DNA of 10,032 bases from an uncultured Methanosarcinaceae archaeon. GTDB taxonomy: Archaea; Halobacteriota; Methanosarcinia; Methanosarcinales; Methanosarcinaceae. The notes beneath the pieces are model-generated. The model had not been told where the DNA came from. It did no database searches and saw nothing but the letters and a program-made list of their open reading frames with translations. Both the position numbers and the translations under genes were made by a program. The DNA lies in NCBI GenBank assembly GCA_963727895.1, contig CAVSHT010000010.1:1-10032 (forward strand), read 5' to 3'. Shown here one piece after another: positions 7,879 through 10,032 of the stretch; the stretch's first letter is position 1, and the number at the start of each line of letters is the position of its first letter.

Positions 7879-8123
7879 TGTGTCCGTGAATTTTGTGCCA
7901 GTCTAAAAACGTATTTCTAAAGACTGCGGGTAAACAGTACAAAAAAGAGTTCCTTATTATTTTTTAAATATGTGGGTGAGATTAAAATACTCACATTTTT
8001 TACCTGAGTCTCAGGCTTCTATAATTTCCCCGATTTTTCAGTGAATATAACTCATTAATAACTAGAAAAAGAGATATATAGGATTAATTTTTAGTATCAA
8101 GCAATAAATGTTGTGGGATAAAC

Positions 8124-8414
8124 ATGGATCTTACATTGCAGATTGATACCGATTACTCGCTGCAGGAAGCAAGTGAGGTTGTTCGCGCGGCTCTGGAACA
8201 TGAGAAACATCTTGCGAAATATAAGGTACAGCGCTATTCCATGATCTGCGATGAATTTGAAGACCAGTATGACCTGATATCTACAGAATTAATAAAAAAA
8301 TTTGAAGCTGGCGAATTTATAGACGACGACAAGTTTTTTGACTGGTATGCCGCAAAAAAAGGGCTTGACCACTGGAAGAAAAAGCTGAAGGTCCTTGATT
8401 CTGTTAAGTTCTAA
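8124..8414 (+). CDS. 96-aa FFDWYAAK-family protein, paralog 2 (antitoxin-like)
   Basis: Intact ORF with GGGAT RBS-like motif and AAAAGAGATATATA promoter-like motif upstream. Homologous to the other two copies. Confidence 0.9.
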   Translation: MDLTLQIDTDYSLQEASEVVRAALEHEKHLAKYKVQRYSMICDEFEDQYDLISTELIKKFEAGEFIDDDKFFDWYAAKKGLDHWKKKLKVLDSVKF

Positions 8415-8479
8415 CTGCCGATTATGTGAGATGCAAACTTAATCTGCACCCTTTACATTCTTAATCCATTTTCACATCT

Positions 8480-8570
8480 ATTTCTTTACTCAATTTTTTT
8501 CTTTCTTTTTCAGATATATTTCTTCTAATTTACCTCCGTTTACTTTCTAATTTCCTCTTTTTCATCTTTT
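8480..8570 (+). terminator. Pyrimidine/oligo-T tract, probable archaeal terminator region after paralog 2
   Basis: Several T5-T7 runs downstream of the 8414 stop. Confidence 0.45.
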
Positions 8571-8662
8571 CGCTATGCTGTAACGATGCCATACTTTGGA
8601 GATAAAGTTAAGTAGTCGGGTCTGCTATCTTTTATCAGTATAATTTTTTCTAAGGTGTTCAG

Positions 8663-9448
8663 ATGAATGATCAGGTTAAATTGACAGAACTTGTTTTTCT
8701 GTCTGATAAAAGGAAGAAAATTCTTCTTTTTCTGAAAGATAAGCCAAGGACAATGGCTGAAATTCAGGAACATCTTTCCTCAGGCCCTGTTTCAATCCTT
8801 CCCCAGATTAAAAAGTTAAAAGAAGGTAAGCTTGTTGTACAGAAGGGGCATACATATGAGCTCTCTTTAATGGGAGTGGTAATTGCTGGACAAGATGCCT
8901 CCTTTCCTGGACACTCTCGAGACTATAGAAGAAAACTTTGACTACTGGACGAAAAGAAATCTTGAAGGGATTCCTCCTTTTTTACGCAAAAGAATTTTTG
9001 AACTGAAAAACTGCAAACTCATCCTCCCAGATATGAGCCATATGTTCGAACTCAGTCCTGAATTCGTAGAAAAGCTTCATCTTCTCCACGCATATTCTCG
9101 GTTTTGCTTCCTATTTTCACCCTTCTTTCGTTTCACTCTATCCGGAACTCGCAAAAAAAGGAGTGGAAATTTCTTTAATGTTTACAGAGCCAGTAATTCA
9201 GAGGTTCAAAAAGGATTATAGGGAAGAACTGTTAATCTTCCTGAATTTTGAAAATGTCAGGGTATTTGTCTTTCCACGCGGATGCTAAAATTGCAGATTT
9301 TACAGTAACTGATAGATTTTTCCTGCTTACTCTTTTTTCCAGGGAGAAAGTCTTTGAACACGAAAGCCTGCTCAGTTCCGAAACTGAAGCCCTTAAATGG
9401 GGTACCGACCTTTTTTTACATATGCTAAAAGAAGCAGCTCAGGTTTAA
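8663..9448 (+). CDS. Winged-HTH transcriptional regulator (ArsR-like N-terminus plus DUF1724/FilR1-middle-like domain), about 260 aa, three +1 frameshifts
   Basis: LVFLSDKRKKILLFLKDKPRTMAEI..ILPQIKKL..YELS..G, then KMPPFLDTLETIEENFDYW, a hidden frame ASYFHPSFVSLYPELAKKGVEISLMFTEPV, then FTVTDRFFLLTLF..ALKWG. Typical Methanosarcina regulator family. Shifts near 8886, 9080 and 9273. Confidence 0.85.
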
Positions 9449-9700
9449 TAGGTTGGGTCCAATGTCCTGAAGCATTGATTGTAATTTTTAACTTCCCAAT
9501 CAAAATTTTGTTTTTCCTATCAATATAAAAGGTGGTAAGAAAAACTGAAGTAGTTATGAAAATAAGCATGGAATTAAGCTCGTGAGCTGAAAAGTCTGGA
9601 AGGAAATTTTAGCTGATATATTTCCGGTCGTTTATTTTCATAATTACTTTATACGAAGCAAACAATAATGAAATAAAAAACTTCTTTTATTGGGATAGAC

Positions 9701-9988
9701 ATGAGTTTCACGCTTAATATTGAGACTGGTTTCTCACCTCAGGAAGTATGTGAGGCTATCCGTTCTGCTCTGGAACATGAAAAGCATGTTGCAAAATACA
9801 AGATCAAGCGATATTCCAAAATCTGTCAGGATTACGAAGAGAAGTTCGGGTACAGCTCAAGTGAACTCAGGGGGATGTACGAAGCCGGAAAAATAGGAGA
9901 TAGTGACTTCTTCGACTGGTATGCGGCGAAAAGAGAGCTTGAGCACTGGAATAAAAAGCTTGAGATTCTCTCAGGGATTTCTCTTTAA
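9701..9988 (+). CDS. 95-aa FFDWYAAK-family protein, paralog 3 (antitoxin-like)
   Basis: Intact ORF with GGGAT upstream, TTTATA at 9648-9653 and a T-rich tract after the stop. Homologous to the other two copies. Confidence 0.9.
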   Translation: MSFTLNIETGFSPQEVCEAIRSALEHEKHVAKYKIKRYSKICQDYEEKFGYSSSELRGMYEAGKIGDSDFFDWYAAKRELEHWNKKLEILSGISL

Positions 9989-10032
9989 GGGGCAGCCCCT
10001 ATATTTTCCATTTTTCCTGAAACATTCATTTT

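Noticed and set aside
8003..8015. CCTGAGTCTCAGG as a remnant of the IS left-end hairpin or a MITE
   Set aside because: Too short, lacks the TCTTTAG loop, and has no partner end or other IS sequence nearby.
8573..8773. Minus-strand ORF 8573..8773
   Set aside because: Antisense to the wHTH regulator with no motifs.
9648..9659. TTTATACGAAGC similar to TTTATATTACGAAGC at the IS left junction
   Set aside because: Short gapped match in AT-rich DNA, probably chance. It slightly weakens the left-boundary call but the guide-pairing rule supports TTAT|5067.

Overview
The window looks like Methanosarcina-type archaeal DNA (inferred from gene content). Left, minus strand: a dimethylamine methyltransferase unit, mtbC (corrinoid protein) then mtbB, with the in-frame pyrrolysine amber codon at 284-286. 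Both genes carry many 1-bp indels. Next come an AT-rich QueG-like 2x[4Fe-4S] gene, a Cys-rich DUF2769-like gene and a PAS-PAS protein with no output domain. Centre: an apparently intact IS200/IS605 element (about 5067-6772) with divergent tnpA/tnpB, both end hairpins, a predicted TTAT target and an omegaRNA whose guide would cover the RBS and ATG of the next gene. Right: three dispersed ~96-aa paralogs sharing FFDWYAAK, one missing from the ORF track. They resemble antitoxins but have no adjacent toxin, and are interleaved with a small membrane protein and a wHTH regulator. Most frameshifts look like long-read consensus errors rather than true pseudogenes.
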